DNA of 64,000 bases from Microcoleaceae cyanobacterium (GTDB lineage: Bacteria; Cyanobacteriota; Cyanobacteriia; Cyanobacteriales; Microcoleaceae): contig JBOFUV010000148.1 in NCBI GenBank assembly GCA_051652765.1, positions 32,001 through 96,000 of the forward strand. The letters are read 5' to 3'. A program made the position numbers and the translations under genes. This document shows positions 36,118-47,655 of this stretch, piece after piece. A model generated the notes under the pieces. It had not been told where the DNA came from and ran no database searches. It saw nothing but the letters and a program-made list of their open reading frames with translations. The stretch's first letter is position 1, and each line of letters starts with the position of its first letter.

Positions 36118-38142
36118 ATGACAGATTCATCTCAGCGAAGAACTGCCCTCGTGGCTCAAAGCACTACACCGTTCTGTAATCAGCTCATCCAAGCTGGTTA
36201 TATTAGCCCCGAGCAACTTCAGCAAGCACTCAATGCCCGTAAATCAGGGACATCCCTCACGGAAGCGTTGGAATCAATGACCGGAAAGCCTCTTCCCCCA
36301 GAGCTAGCCCGCCAGTATAAAAAACAGCAGCTATTTGAACAAAAAATTGTCTACGGAGTTGAAGCGTTTGACCTAGAGATTGACCATATTTCAGTTGGAG
36401 ATTTGGATCAAATGCTCAAAACTCTGGAAACCTCCGTTGAAACCTGTAAGCGTCATCGATTTGTTCCGCTCCAAAAAGTTGACAGCAATGGGATTCTAAC
36501 CGTTTTGATCGCGATGGTAAATCCAGATAACCTAAATGCTCTGGATGAACTCAAGAACCAAATTTTGCGACCCAAAGGTTGGTCACTCCAGCGCCGGGTC
36601 ATCACCCAGGAAGACTACGACAAATTAATCTCAGCCTACAGCGACGAAGATGTAAAACGCAAACAAGCGGAAGCATCTCGTCGGGAACAGGAAAAACTCC
36701 AATTTGGGGTCAGTGACTTTGAGGCGGCTGAACTTGAAAGCATTGATGAGTCTGGGGGGCTTGACCTGGCAGATGCCATTGATGAGGCAGAAGCTGCACC
36801 TGTGATTAAGGCCGTCAATATTATTTTGGCCAAAGCTTTATCCGAAGGGGTTTCAGATATTCACGTTGAACCTCAAGAGCATGAAATGCGAATCCGAATG
36901 CGAAAAGATGGGGTGCTACAAGAGTATTTTAAGTTCCCCAAAAACGTTATCCCAGCCATTACATCCCGCTTCAAAATTCTGGCAAGCCTAGATATTGCCG
37001 AACGTCGTCAAGCTCAGGATGGTCGGATTCGGCAACGGTTCAAGGGTAGGGTCGTAGATTTTCGGGTCAATAGTCTCCCCAGTCGCTATGGAGAAAAGAT
37101 AGTTCTGCGGATTCTGGATAGTTCCGCCACTCAACTGGGCTTGGACATTTTGATTACTGATCCAGAGACTTTGGCTCTGGTGCGAGAAGCGGCGGGTCGT
37201 CCCTTTGGTTTGATCTTAGTCACAGGGCCAACGGGTTCAGGCAAGTCTACGTCCCTATACTCGATTCTGTCAGAACGTAACGATCCGGGAGTGAATATCA
37301 GCACTGCCGAAGATCCAATTGAATACGCTCTGCCCGGAATTACCCAATGTCAAGTGATTCGGGAAAAAAACTTGACCTTTTCAACGATTCTGCGGGCCTT
37401 CCTGCGCCAAGATCCAGATGTTCTTCTGGTGGGAGAAACACGGGACTTAGAGACTGCCAAGACTGCACTTGAAGCCGCCCTGACAGGCCACTTGGTTCTA
37501 ACAACTCTCCATACAAACGATGCGGCAGGAGCGATCGCTCGTCTAGATGAAATGGGGGTTGAACCCTTCATGATTTCAGCCGCATTATTGGGAATTCTCG
37601 CCCAGCGTTTGATGCGACGGGTTTGTACTGAATGTCGGATTCCTTATATTCCGACTCCAGAAGAATTGTCCCGCTATGGACTCTTCGAGCGCCAAGAGGA
37701 AGCCTCCACCTTTTACCAGGCGAATATTGTTCCGATAGATCACCGCAAAGAGCTGGCTGACCGGGGAGAACTCTGCAAGAAGTGTGGAGGATTAGGTTAC
37801 AAAGGCCGGATCGGGGTCTATGAGTTCCTCAAAGTCACCGAGCGAATGCAGGGCTTAATTACTCAGGGTGCTCCCACAGAGCAAATCAAAGAAGCTGCTG
37901 TCGAAGAAGGAATGCAAACTTTACTATCTTACAGTTTGCAATTGGTGCGAGATGGGCATAGTACCTTTGAGGAAGTGGATCGGGTTACGTTCACCGATTC
38001 TGGTCTAGAAGCCGAGATGAAACGATTGGCCAAGCAAAATCTAACCTGCAAGGGCTGCAACGCTCAACTGAAACCAGAATGGCGGGATTGTCCTTACTGT
38101 TTGACCCCTCGCTTTACCGAATATGCCATGGAGGCTCATTAG
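36118..38142 (+). CDS. pilB: Type IV pilus assembly ATPase PilB
   Basis: SDIHVEP, GPTGSGKS, LRQDPD, C-terminal CxxC...CPxC. Confidence 0.95.
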   Translation: MTDSSQRRTALVAQSTTPFCNQLIQAGYISPEQLQQALNARKSGTSLTEALESMTGKPLPPELARQYKKQQLFEQKIVYGVEAFDLEIDHISVGDLDQMLKTLETSVETCKRHRFVPLQKVDSNGILTVLIAMVNPDNLNALDELKNQILRPKGWSLQRRVITQEDYDKLISAYSDEDVKRKQAEASRREQEKLQFGVSDFEAAELESIDESGGLDLADAIDEAEAAPVIKAVNIILAKALSEGVSDIHVEPQEHEMRIRMRKDGVLQEYFKFPKNVIPAITSRFKILASLDIAERRQAQDGRIRQRFKGRVVDFRVNSLPSRYGEKIVLRILDSSATQLGLDILITDPETLALVREAAGRPFGLILVTGPTGSGKSTSLYSILSERNDPGVNISTAEDPIEYALPGITQCQVIREKNLTFSTILRAFLRQDPDVLLVGETRDLETAKTALEAALTGHLVLTTLHTNDAAGAIARLDEMGVEPFMISAALLGILAQRLMRRVCTECRIPYIPTPEELSRYGLFERQEEASTFYQANIVPIDHRKELADRGELCKKCGGLGYKGRIGVYEFLKVTERMQGLITQGAPTEQIKEAAVEEGMQTLLSYSLQLVRDGHSTFEEVDRVTFTDSGLEAEMKRLAKQNLTCKGCNAQLKPEWRDCPYCLTPRFTEYAMEAH

Positions 38143-38329
38143 TCAGGATTAAGTTAGCTAAAATCAAGGGAACCTTAGTCTCAATGACTGAATAACCCGA
38201 TTCCCTTTGAAACGGCGGTTCCTATAATCGCCTTGACTAGGGCCAATTTGGGCGGTTGATATTTGAACTGTGGTTTAGATTCGATTTAGATTTGATTTAG
38301 ATTTGGTTTAGATTTGGAGGATTAAAACA

Positions 38330-39433
38330 ATGGCACTAATGATCGAAGATGTCATGGAGTCCTTGATTGAACAAGGGGGCTCCGACATGCACATCCAAGC
38401 AGGGGCTCCGATTTTTTTTCGCATTAACGGAAAATTGACCACTCAACCCCAGTTTGGGGAAATTTTTTCTCCAGAGGAAGTACAGGCCCTGATTTTTCAG
38501 ATGCTGAATAATATGCAGCGGAAACAGCTAGAACAGGAATGGGAACTTGACTGTGCTTACGGCGTGAAGGGGCTGGCTCGGTTTCGGGTGAACGTTTATC
38601 GGGAGCGGGGCTGTTGGGCAGCTTGCTTAAGAGCTTTGGCTTCCAAGATTCCCAATGCAGATAAGTTGGGAATCTTGCAAACCATTCGAGATATGACCGA
38701 ACGCCCTAGAGGGCTGGTTCTCGTCACGGGCCAAACTGGATCAGGAAAAACCACGACTCTGGCAGCATTGCTAGACTTGGTCAATCGCACCCGAGCTGAA
38801 CACATTCTGACCGTTGAAGATCCGATTGAATACGTGTTCCCCAATATCAAAAGCTTGTTCCATCAACGGCAAAAAGGGGAAGACACCAAGAGCTTTGCCA
38901 ATGCCTTGAGAGCTGCCCTGCGGGAAGATCCTGATATCATTTTAGTTGGAGAGATGCGGGACTTAGAAACCATTGCACTTGCCATCTCTGCGGCAGAAAC
39001 AGGTCACTTGGTCTTTGGCACCCTACACACCAACTCTGCTTCATCCACGGTTGACCGGATTCTAGATGTGTTTCCTCCCATTCAACAGCCCCAAATTCGG
39101 GCTCAGTTGTCTGGCTCCCTGGTTGGGGTGTGTAGCCAAAACCTGGTTCAGACCATTGGCGGAGGCCGTTGTGCCGCCCAAGAAATTATGTTAAACACTC
39201 CGGCCATGGGTAACCTGATCCGAGAGGGCAAAACAGCTCAGATTTATTCCCAGATCCAGATGGGAGCAAAGTTGGGAATGCAGACAATGGAGATGTCCCT
39301 GGCTAAACTTTATCAAGAGGGAAAAGTCTCTTGGGAAGCAGCCATGAGCAAAACATCCAGGGCAGATGAACTGGAACGGCTAATTGGCCCTGCACCTAAG
39401 GGAACAAAAGTTTCCAAGGTGGCAGCTCACTAA
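38330..39433 (+). CDS. pilT: Type IV pilus retraction ATPase PilT
   Basis: GQTGSGKTT, ALREDPD, NLIREGK. Confidence 0.96.
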   Translation: MALMIEDVMESLIEQGGSDMHIQAGAPIFFRINGKLTTQPQFGEIFSPEEVQALIFQMLNNMQRKQLEQEWELDCAYGVKGLARFRVNVYRERGCWAACLRALASKIPNADKLGILQTIRDMTERPRGLVLVTGQTGSGKTTTLAALLDLVNRTRAEHILTVEDPIEYVFPNIKSLFHQRQKGEDTKSFANALRAALREDPDIILVGEMRDLETIALAISAAETGHLVFGTLHTNSASSTVDRILDVFPPIQQPQIRAQLSGSLVGVCSQNLVQTIGGGRCAAQEIMLNTPAMGNLIREGKTAQIYSQIQMGAKLGMQTMEMSLAKLYQEGKVSWEAAMSKTSRADELERLIGPAPKGTKVSKVAAH

Positions 39434-39662
39434 TTAAAGCTCACCTGTGAACACTCATCTGTGAACACTCATGAGTCAAAGTTCCCAATTAACCAGTCAC
39501 TTGATGTGTAGGGGCGGGCATCTTGCTCGAGGTTGTGGGCAATCCCAATTGACTTGTGCTGAAAACCTACACTCAGGGACATTTAAGATTGCTGTTCCAA
39601 ACTGAATTGTTATCGATTGAACGTTCGAATACTAACCTCAACATTGATCTAAGGGTGAAACC

Positions 39663-40799
39663 ATGGCAACTAGCGGCAGGATCTTAAAAACCCATTCTCG
39701 GAAAGAAAAATTTGATTTCAAGCAACTTGAAGAAAAATTAAACATTGCCCTTTCTAGTATTACCATCAAGGATCTGGCAATTTTCGCCCGTCAATTTGCG
39801 GCGATGTTTAACGCGGGGATTGCGATGGCAAGATGCTTGGGTGTGCTTTCTGAACAATGCAGTAATGCAAAGTTGAAGCGAGCCCTAATGACCGTTCGGG
39901 CTGATGTGGAGGAAGGCAGCGCCCTGTCTGATTCCATGAAAAAGTTTCCTAATGTCTTTGACCAGCTATTCACCAGTATGGTGGCAGCCGGAGAGGTCGG
40001 GGGGGTGCTAGATGAAGTTCTAGAACGCCTAGCGGTGATGATGGAGAAAAACCATAAAACCCAGAGCGAAATTAAGTCTGCCATGTCCTATCCCAAGACC
40101 GTAATGTTTATTGCGATCGCGGTGTTCTTTGGGATGACCACATTTCTCTTGCCTACCTTTGCCAAGATTTTTGAGGAAATTGGTAGTGAATTACCTGCAT
40201 TTACAGTCTTCATGTTGAATATCAGTAAGTTCTGTACCACAAGCCCTCCGATTCCCCAGGTTGTAACTGTTTTAAGTCTACTGGGCGCGTATATGGCCTA
40301 CCAAGCCTTTTATAAGACCCCAGCCGGTCGTCGGATGATGGATCGAGTTTACTTAAAGCTGCCTTTATTTGGCCCCTTGATTGAAAAGTCTGCTGTTGCT
40401 CGCTTCTGTATTATCTTTGGAAGTCTCACCCGCTCTGGGGTTCCAATTATGAGTTCTCTGGAAATTGTACGGGACGTGGCTGGAAATCAGACGATCGCCG
40501 ATACCATTGAGAGTGCTAGACAAGAAATTCAACAAGGGGGGCTGATCAGTACCGCCATTGCCAGAGGAGAGGTTTTTCCCGCGTTAGCAATTCAGATGAT
40601 TGCCATCGGTGAAGAATCTGGGGAACTGGACAAAATGTTGATGAAAGTGGGGGCCTTCTACGAAACTGAAGTTGAAGAAGCGGTCAAGAGTTTAACGAGC
40701 GCTTTGGAACCGTTGATGATTGTGGTCGTTGGGGGGATTGTGGCCTCTGTACTACTCTCCATGTATCTGCCGATGTTCAAGGTGTTCGAGGATTTGTAA
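39663..40799 (+). CDS. pilC: Type IV pilus platform protein PilC
   Basis: Two T2SSF repeats (AGEVGG.LDEVL; IGEESGELD), LEP, MYLPMF. Confidence 0.93.
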   Translation: MATSGRILKTHSRKEKFDFKQLEEKLNIALSSITIKDLAIFARQFAAMFNAGIAMARCLGVLSEQCSNAKLKRALMTVRADVEEGSALSDSMKKFPNVFDQLFTSMVAAGEVGGVLDEVLERLAVMMEKNHKTQSEIKSAMSYPKTVMFIAIAVFFGMTTFLLPTFAKIFEEIGSELPAFTVFMLNISKFCTTSPPIPQVVTVLSLLGAYMAYQAFYKTPAGRRMMDRVYLKLPLFGPLIEKSAVARFCIIFGSLTRSGVPIMSSLEIVRDVAGNQTIADTIESARQEIQQGGLISTAIARGEVFPALAIQMIAIGEESGELDKMLMKVGAFYETEVEEAVKSLTSALEPLMIVVVGGIVASVLLSMYLPMFKVFEDL

Positions 40800-40877
40800 C
40801 CTTTAGAAAAGTCAGCCTTAAGAGCAGTAAACCTCAGAACAGTAAACCTCAAAAAAACTAGATTTAACTCGATTAAA

Positions 40878-41501
40878 ATGCCTGTTCAATCCTCCCATTA
40901 CGAAGCGCTACTGGCTAAGTATTGTGAACCCGAGGCAGCAATTGCCTTGCTCAAGCAACATCGACCCTATTTGGAAATGTTGCCCAGCCTTCGTCGCCCT
41001 GAAGAGAGTTTGATTACCATTCCTTTGCCCATCGTTCGGGTGCGAGACAGCATAGCAGCCTCAGGCAAGTTTGGCGTGAGTGTCATGGCAGGACAAGCCG
41101 TTTGCTTGCCCTGCGATCTGAGCTTTTTGATGTGTGATCCTGAGTGGAAGGTCAAAATAGGAGGGGAAATTTTCATCTACATTTACCGTCCTCAGGAAAC
41201 TTTTTCTGATCTGCTCGCTCGCTGGCGTTTAACTCAGATTTGGCTGGATCGGGGCTATGACTGGGTAATGCCCCATCATTACAGTGATATCTACTCCCAA
41301 GAAGGAGAAAAACTGTATCCTCTGTTTGTGCTGTTTCCAGAAACCCCAGAACCGATCAAGCGAGGACTCATTGGAGCCCAGTTACCATTTGTCATTCAAA
41401 CTATCGATCTAGAGGCTGACCTCCTCGACTTGCTAGAACCAGAGGATAAATTCTTGCTGGAAGAGCATCAAGAACAAGGCCGTTGGGGCCTTGAAGAATA
41501 A
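40878..41501 (+). CDS. Conserved cyanobacterial hypothetical protein
   Basis: RPYLEMLPS.RR, FLMCDPEWK motifs. Confidence 0.75.
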   Translation: MPVQSSHYEALLAKYCEPEAAIALLKQHRPYLEMLPSLRRPEESLITIPLPIVRVRDSIAASGKFGVSVMAGQAVCLPCDLSFLMCDPEWKVKIGGEIFIYIYRPQETFSDLLARWRLTQIWLDRGYDWVMPHHYSDIYSQEGEKLYPLFVLFPETPEPIKRGLIGAQLPFVIQTIDLEADLLDLLEPEDKFLLEEHQEQGRWGLEE

Positions 41502-41518
41502 GTGTTTTCGGTTCACCT

Positions 41519-42532
41519 TTACCGAACAAACTGAGGCATGATCTCAGCCGCTGTAAATAACCCATAGATCCCCCGTCGTTGCAGTTGGACTCCAGCCTTG
41601 AGGTAACCAAATGCAGGGCCACAGACATTGGCGGCCATGGTTGTTTCGTCTCCTAGGGTAAAGGTGTGGGTAGACCGCTGCCCATCAAACGTCCGACCTG
41701 TAACCTGAACATTGGTACTCAAGGGCTTTTTGGGGTTGCGTGTGTCTACAATGCCTCCAACAGTCACACAGGCGCGATCGCAAATTCCTGCCAACTCCAA
41801 CATAATGTCATCGGCATGTTCCATGTTTTCCAGGGTTAAGAGGCCATTCGTTTGATCCAGCAACGCCTCAACCTCGGCATCCGTCATTGCTCTAGCCTGA
41901 TCGACGGTGTAACCGGGTAAATGGCCAATATCTTCTCGAATCGTGGCCCGATAGGCTTCCCAGTTGGCAATTCCCACCCCAAAGGTGATTTTGACACTGT
42001 GAACCTCAGCATAACTTTGGGCCGCTAATGCGGCAGCCGCCGTCAACAATCCCGGTGTTGCCCCACATCCCGTCAGATAAGTAATTCCAGCCGCTTGGAG
42101 TTGATCTTTCAAGTCCAACAATAGTTCAACAGCACTAGTTCGTTTGAGGGCATCCACCAAAACTCCCCGCCAACCAGACTGAATAAACTGTTGAGCCACC
42201 TCTGCCATGAAGGTATTCGGCAAGTTGGGTAAAGCCAGAAAGTAGCCCTCCACACCTTGAGCCTTCGCCATTAACGCTGCAATGCTGCGGTCGCTCAACA
42301 CTCCATCCGGTTCTAGATACCCGACCGAACCCCGTTGATGATAAATCTGAATACAGGCATCTACATCTAGGCCATCCGCCCCATAGACATATCCTTGTCG
42401 ATCTGCGGCAACAACCCACTGCATTTCCTGTTTGGGTGCCAGGATGCGTGCAGCGGCCTGCCCCAACCCTCCAAATCCCAGGATGCCAATCCGTAGGGGA
42501 GATGCATTTGTGTTTAATCGTGTTCTACTCAT
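41519..42532 (-). CDS. bioU: BioU, dehydrogenase-like biotin biosynthesis enzyme
   Basis: [48 protein letters not shown]. Confidence 0.85.
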   Translation of the reverse strand: MSRTRLNTNASPLRIGILGFGGLGQAAARILAPKQEMQWVVAADRQGYVYGADGLDVDACIQIYHQRGSVGYLEPDGVLSDRSIAALMAKAQGVEGYFLALPNLPNTFMAEVAQQFIQSGWRGVLVDALKRTSAVELLLDLKDQLQAAGITYLTGCGATPGLLTAAAALAAQSYAEVHSVKITFGVGIANWEAYRATIREDIGHLPGYTVDQARAMTDAEVEALLDQTNGLLTLENMEHADDIMLELAGICDRACVTVGGIVDTRNPKKPLSTNVQVTGRTFDGQRSTHTFTLGDETTMAANVCGPAFGYLKAGVQLQRRGIYGLFTAAEIMPQFVR

Positions 42533-42692
42533 GGCGCTACCCTCTCAATCAGACAATCTCAATCAGACAATTCTTAATTATCCCTCAATCGGCAACCCGC
42601 CTGAAATTTGCGGTAAATCGTTAAGATAGTTAAAGATGTATTGCGTAATGTATCTTAAGATCTACCTGAACTTGACCTGAACTTGACCCGAA

Positions 42693-43625
42693 ATGAATGC
42701 TTCTGCCCTGGATCACGACCTCACTCAAAGACCCCTGGCTCAGTTCCCTTCCCCGCAATTCTGGACGTGGAAAGGGTTTCCGATCTGTTACCAACAGGAG
42801 GGGGAAACGGGCCCTGCTGTCGTTTTAATTCATGGATTTGGCGCTTCTTGGGGACATTGGCGCAAGAATATTCCAGTGCTTGCCACTCATTGTCGAGTGT
42901 ATGCCTTGGATTTACTGGGATTTGGGGGGTCTGCTAAACCAGTGCCCGATGAAACCATCGCCTACACGTTTGAGACCTGGGGAGGGCAAATTGTTGATTT
43001 TTGTCGTGAAGTTGTAGGAACTCCGGCATTTTTAGTGGGGAACTCTATCGGTTGCATTGCCGCGATGCAGGCCGCCGTGATCGCCCCTGAAATTGCCATC
43101 GAACTGGCGTTGCTCAACTGTTCCCTGCGATTATTACATGAACGCAAACGGGCTGAAATTCCCTGGTACAGAAGTTTTGGTGCGGGAATTGCCCAAAGCG
43201 TGTTGAGCAACCGTTGGGTAAGCCAGTTATTTTTTCAACAAATTGCAACGCCCCGCAGTGTTCGCAAGATTCTCTTGCAAGCCTATCGCCGTCCCGAAGC
43301 CGTGACCGATGAACTGGTAGATATGTTGCTGACCCCCTCGCGGGAACCTAGCGCCGTGGATGTGTTCATGGCGTTTACGGGATATTCCCAGGGGCCACTG
43401 CCTGAAGATTTGCTGCCGATCCTGCCCTGTCCGGCTATTATTCTGTGGGGAACTGCCGATCCCTGGGAACCGATTGAACTCGGTCAAGCCTTCGCTGCAT
43501 TTGATCCAGTTAAACAATTTATCCCTTTAGAGGGAGTTGGCCATTGTCCCCAGGATGAAGCGCCAGACCTGGTTAACTCGATCTTGTTGAAGTGGATCGG
43601 TGAGAGTCTACAACCCGTCCAATGA
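42693..43625 (+). CDS. Alpha/beta fold hydrolase
   Basis: LIHGFG, GNSIG, GHCPQDE. Confidence 0.92.
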   Translation: MNASALDHDLTQRPLAQFPSPQFWTWKGFPICYQQEGETGPAVVLIHGFGASWGHWRKNIPVLATHCRVYALDLLGFGGSAKPVPDETIAYTFETWGGQIVDFCREVVGTPAFLVGNSIGCIAAMQAAVIAPEIAIELALLNCSLRLLHERKRAEIPWYRSFGAGIAQSVLSNRWVSQLFFQQIATPRSVRKILLQAYRRPEAVTDELVDMLLTPSREPSAVDVFMAFTGYSQGPLPEDLLPILPCPAIILWGTADPWEPIELGQAFAAFDPVKQFIPLEGVGHCPQDEAPDLVNSILLKWIGESLQPVQ

Positions 43626-43629
43626 ACCG

Positions 43630-44703
43630 ATGATCTCTCAGGATGTTCCTCAGTTAAGGCGATCGCTCCTAGAATGGTATGTCCATCAGGGACGGGATTT
43701 GCCCTGGCGACAAAATTGTGATCCCTATCAAATCTGGGTTTCAGAGATTATGCTCCAGCAAACCCAGGTCAAAACTGTAATTCCCTACTATGAGCGTTGG
43801 TTAGCCCGATTCCCGACGATTAGGCATCTTGCCAACGCTAACCAACAAGCCGTTTTAAAAGCGTGGCAGGGCTTGGGGTATTATGCTCGGGCCCGCAACC
43901 TCCATGCCTGCGCTCAAATAATTGTGCAAAAATATGAGGGGGTTTTCCCAGATACCTTAGTGGAGATGGTAAAACTCCCCGGTATTGGCCGTACAACGGC
44001 GGGAGGTATTCTGAGTTCAGCCTTTAATGCTCCCGTTTCAATTCTAGAGGGCAATGTCAAGCGGGTGTTGGCTCGGTTGGTGGCGCTGTCCGTTCCCCCA
44101 AATCGAGCGATTCAGACCCTCTGGCTGCTTTCAGATGAATTACTGGATCAGGAGCAACCGAGGGATTTTAATCAAGCCCTGATGGACTTGGGGGCAACTT
44201 GCTGTACGCCAAAGCTGCCCAATTGCGATCGCTGCCCCTGGCAATTCTGCTGTCAAGCCTATTCCTTAAACTTACAGACCCAACTCCCGATGCGTGAAGT
44301 TTCTGCCCCTTTGCCCCATAAATCCATTGGTGTTGCCGTGATCTGGAATGATCAGCAGCAAATTTTAATTGATAAACGGCCTGAAAAAGGTTTACTCGGA
44401 GGCTTGTGGGAATTTCCGGGAGGCAAGATCGAACCTGGGGAAACCGTAGAAGCCTGCATTCGACGGGAGATTCAAGAAGAACTAGCTATTGAGATTGAAG
44501 TTGGAGATCATTTGATCACCCTTGATCATGCCTATACTCACTTTCGAGTGACCTTGAATGTACACCACTGCCGTTATCTGAGCGGAGAGCCTCAACCCTT
44601 AGAATCTGACGAGATCCGCTGGGTCACCTTGGCAGAACTGGATCAATTTCCCTTCCCAAAGGCCAATGAAAAAATTATTGCCGCTCTGCAGTCAGAACAA
44701 TAG
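43630..44703 (+). CDS. mutY: A/G-specific adenine glycosylase with C-terminal NUDIX domain
   Basis: WVSEIMLQQTQV, GLGYYARA, LPGIG, C-x6-C-x2-C-x5-C, EFPGGK.E.GE...REIQEE. Confidence 0.95.
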   Translation: MISQDVPQLRRSLLEWYVHQGRDLPWRQNCDPYQIWVSEIMLQQTQVKTVIPYYERWLARFPTIRHLANANQQAVLKAWQGLGYYARARNLHACAQIIVQKYEGVFPDTLVEMVKLPGIGRTTAGGILSSAFNAPVSILEGNVKRVLARLVALSVPPNRAIQTLWLLSDELLDQEQPRDFNQALMDLGATCCTPKLPNCDRCPWQFCCQAYSLNLQTQLPMREVSAPLPHKSIGVAVIWNDQQQILIDKRPEKGLLGGLWEFPGGKIEPGETVEACIRREIQEELAIEIEVGDHLITLDHAYTHFRVTLNVHHCRYLSGEPQPLESDEIRWVTLAELDQFPFPKANEKIIAALQSEQ

Positions 44704-44766
44704 CCCCTTTGCTGTTCTTCCAGGTTTTGAATGAGTGGGTTAGGGGCAATTGCCTCACTTTTTTGA

Positions 44767-45981
44767 TCACTTTTTCGAGGTCGAAGCAAACTGAGTTGGG
44801 TCTTGGTCTCGCCGGTGTTGAATCGGGAGAGGAGAACCTTGGCGATCGCCCACTAGAGCAGCAGTTTTCTCCAAGGATTCCCTCAACCGCTTGGCAGCAT
44901 AGATCGACATATCACGGGGTACATTAATTCGATCCCGTAAATACCGTAGGGCAGGATCAGAACCGGGCGGCGGGACACAGTCCTGCCCTGTCATCAGATG
45001 GGTCAGGGCACAGCGGAGAGCTTCATCAAACAATTTGTCATCGGCAGGGTTGACTCGAACAATATTGGTGCGGTGCTTGATCACCCGTTGGAGTGCTTCA
45101 ACGCGAGAGGTTTCAGGTTCTGGGTATGTTACATCGGGCAGCCCAATCCAAGGGCCGTTATCTACCCGTGTCTTATTGAGTTGCATTTGGGGTTCGCTGT
45201 TTTCCCAACAGCCTCCCATCTGAGGGGGTAAATCATGGACGTGGGTATGGAAATCGCTCTGGGTGCCACGGTAGGTGGGGCGACTTTCCATGGCATCAAA
45301 CCAGGCTGACAGCCGAGGGTTTTCTTCCCGCAGGGAATAGCCCTTGTAGTAGTAGAGGCTAGCATTCATGCGTTCAACATAGGGAGTAAAAATCACATCA
45401 ACTGTACCGAACTCATCCAGAAAGTAGGGGCTTGGAGTGCGGCCTAGAGCATCCTCAACCTTGGCCACCACCTCTGTAAACTGTTCCCGGTTGCGCTGCT
45501 CTTGCTGAGATGACCCTGCTGGGTAACAAAGCCAAGCACACCAAGCTCTGAATAGAAGTCGCTCTAGCTGCCGTAGTGGAAGAACGGTAGCATCCTTCAT
45601 GCCCAGACCTAACGGGCCATAGACTTTTTCCAAGGCAATCAAAATATCATCGCTTTCTGTAATCACACGACCATCCAACTCAATCGCAGGCAACATCCCC
45701 GATGGAACTTTGCGTTTGTACCAACTCTCTTTCTCTCCATAGCAGAACATCGTCACTTTTTCGATGCGATATGGGATCTGTTTTTCTTCTAGCCACAACC
45801 AGATTTTCTGACAGTAGGGACACCAAGCGTGGTTATCTCGGTACAAAATTACCCGCACATCGGATTCATTCTGACCAAATAGGCGTAAACGGGCTTGGGC
45901 ATTAGTTGGCCCATTGATTGTATCGATCTGAAAGTTGGTAAGGGCTTCTAGTTCTGGCCAGTTTAAGCAGGCAGTGGTCAT
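44767..45981 (-). CDS. Glutathione S-transferase family protein
   Basis: [25 protein letters not shown]. Confidence 0.9.
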   Translation of the reverse strand: MTTACLNWPELEALTNFQIDTINGPTNAQARLRLFGQNESDVRVILYRDNHAWCPYCQKIWLWLEEKQIPYRIEKVTMFCYGEKESWYKRKVPSGMLPAIELDGRVITESDDILIALEKVYGPLGLGMKDATVLPLRQLERLLFRAWCAWLCYPAGSSQQEQRNREQFTEVVAKVEDALGRTPSPYFLDEFGTVDVIFTPYVERMNASLYYYKGYSLREENPRLSAWFDAMESRPTYRGTQSDFHTHVHDLPPQMGGCWENSEPQMQLNKTRVDNGPWIGLPDVTYPEPETSRVEALQRVIKHRTNIVRVNPADDKLFDEALRCALTHLMTGQDCVPPPGSDPALRYLRDRINVPRDMSIYAAKRLRESLEKTAALVGDRQGSPLPIQHRRDQDPTQFASTSKK

Positions 45982-46212
45982 GAAAATCAGTATCCTTATG
46001 AACTCAAAGTGATTAGATTATAAGAGTTTTGAAGGATTTCGTCGGGAGATTTCCCGCGAGTCTATTGGCAGAAGACAAATCTCATTTGTGGATGGCAAAA
46101 TTCGTGAGATCTTGGTTTGGATACCATCTCAGCGTTGACAACAATCAATCGATCAATTCGCCCGCCGTTAATAGACAATATTCTTGAAAACATAGATCTA
46201 GGAGAAATATTC

Positions 46213-46728
46213 ATGACAATTTCGATGTATCAAGCCTCAATCCCCCCCATGATTCGCTCACTCAATAATCTTGCCGCGATTTTGGCCAAGGGTGCTGCCC
46301 ATGCTGAAGCCAGAAAAATCGATCCTGCTGTGCTGATCAATAGCCGACTGTACCCTGATATGTTTCCTATGGATCGACAAGTCCAAATTACTTCAGATAT
46401 TGCTAGAAGAGGAGCGGCAAGGCTAGCAGGATTAGAAGCTCCTAAGCTTGAGGACAATGAAACGACTTTTCCTGAACTCATCACTCGTCTTGAGAAAACG
46501 ATTGCCTACCTAGAAACATTGACATCCGACCAAATTGATGGCTCAGAAGAAAGATCAATTACTCTTCCCATAGGTAATGACACCATGATTTTTGCGGGAT
46601 TGCCCTACCTGCTTTATTTTGTTCTGCCTAACGTCTATTTTCATGTCACAACTGCTTATGACATTCTTAGACATTGTGGAGTAGAACTAGGTAAGCTAGA
46701 TTTTCTGGGAAAACCGGAGACAATCTAG
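46213..46728 (+). CDS. DUF1993 family protein
   Basis: RLYPDMFP...QV, LPNVYFH.TTAY.ILRH.GV.LGK.DF. Confidence 0.9.
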   Translation: MTISMYQASIPPMIRSLNNLAAILAKGAAHAEARKIDPAVLINSRLYPDMFPMDRQVQITSDIARRGAARLAGLEAPKLEDNETTFPELITRLEKTIAYLETLTSDQIDGSEERSITLPIGNDTMIFAGLPYLLYFVLPNVYFHVTTAYDILRHCGVELGKLDFLGKPETI

Positions 46729-47108
46729 TTCCATGCAGGTTCTCAGGCAGGAATCCTGACTCTAGCCCTTGTGGCAAAACACAGATAACGAGTTAAGGCT
46801 CGCAAGTTGTCCAAGCAAGTTTTGTGGCTAGGCAAGTGAAGGTGAAGTGCAAGCTACTTTACCTTCATGCGTCCAATCAGATCGCTCTATTCCTCAAAAT
46901 CAGAATGACTGAAATCGACGTTAAAAGCTTTACAAAAGGATTGGCAATAGTGTACTATAGAAATTTGTGCAGCAAGATAACCAGAACAGCCGTTGATAGG
47001 GTATAGCCTTTAGGTTAAGGGTCGTGTTAGGGAAGTCAATTAAGCTCGACTTCTGTAGGTTTGATGCTTCCAGATGTAACGAAACTTGGAAATATGTCAT
47101 AGTAACTC

Positions 47109-47492
47109 ATGCCCACGATACAGCAATTAATTCGATCAGCAAGAGAAAAGACGGAGAAAAAAACCAAGTCTCCAGCTCTAAAAAGTTGTCCTCAGCGGCG
47201 CGGGGTTTGTACTCGTGTGTACACAACGACACCCAAGAAGCCAAACTCTGCCCTTCGTAAAGTAGCACGGGTTCGCTTGACTTCAGGCTTTGAAGTTACG
47301 GCGTATATTCCTGGAATTGGTCATAATCTTCAGGAACACTCCGTTGTGATGATTCGCGGAGGAAGAGTTAAAGATTTACCGGGTGTGCGATATCACATTA
47401 TTCGTGGCACCCTGGATACTGCTGGGGTTAAAGACCGTCGTCAAGGCCGTTCTAAATATGGGGCTAAGCGCCCGAAACCGGCCAAGTCTTAA
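47109..47492 (+). CDS. rpsL: 30S ribosomal protein S12
   Basis: [18 protein letters not shown]. Confidence 0.99.
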   Translation: MPTIQQLIRSAREKTEKKTKSPALKSCPQRRGVCTRVYTTTPKKPNSALRKVARVRLTSGFEVTAYIPGIGHNLQEHSVVMIRGGRVKDLPGVRYHIIRGTLDTAGVKDRRQGRSKYGAKRPKPAKS

Positions 47493-47655
47493 GGTTGGAT
47501 CTGAGTAGTTCAGGAGTGCAATTCAGAAGACTATCGGTATCGTGAGTGCGACTTCTTATTTGAAGGTCATGCAAATTTCGTTAGTGATTAGTTTGCTGAG
47601 TTGATCATCTTCCCGTCTAAAATTTTTATTGATGAATCACTGCTAAATATAGATT

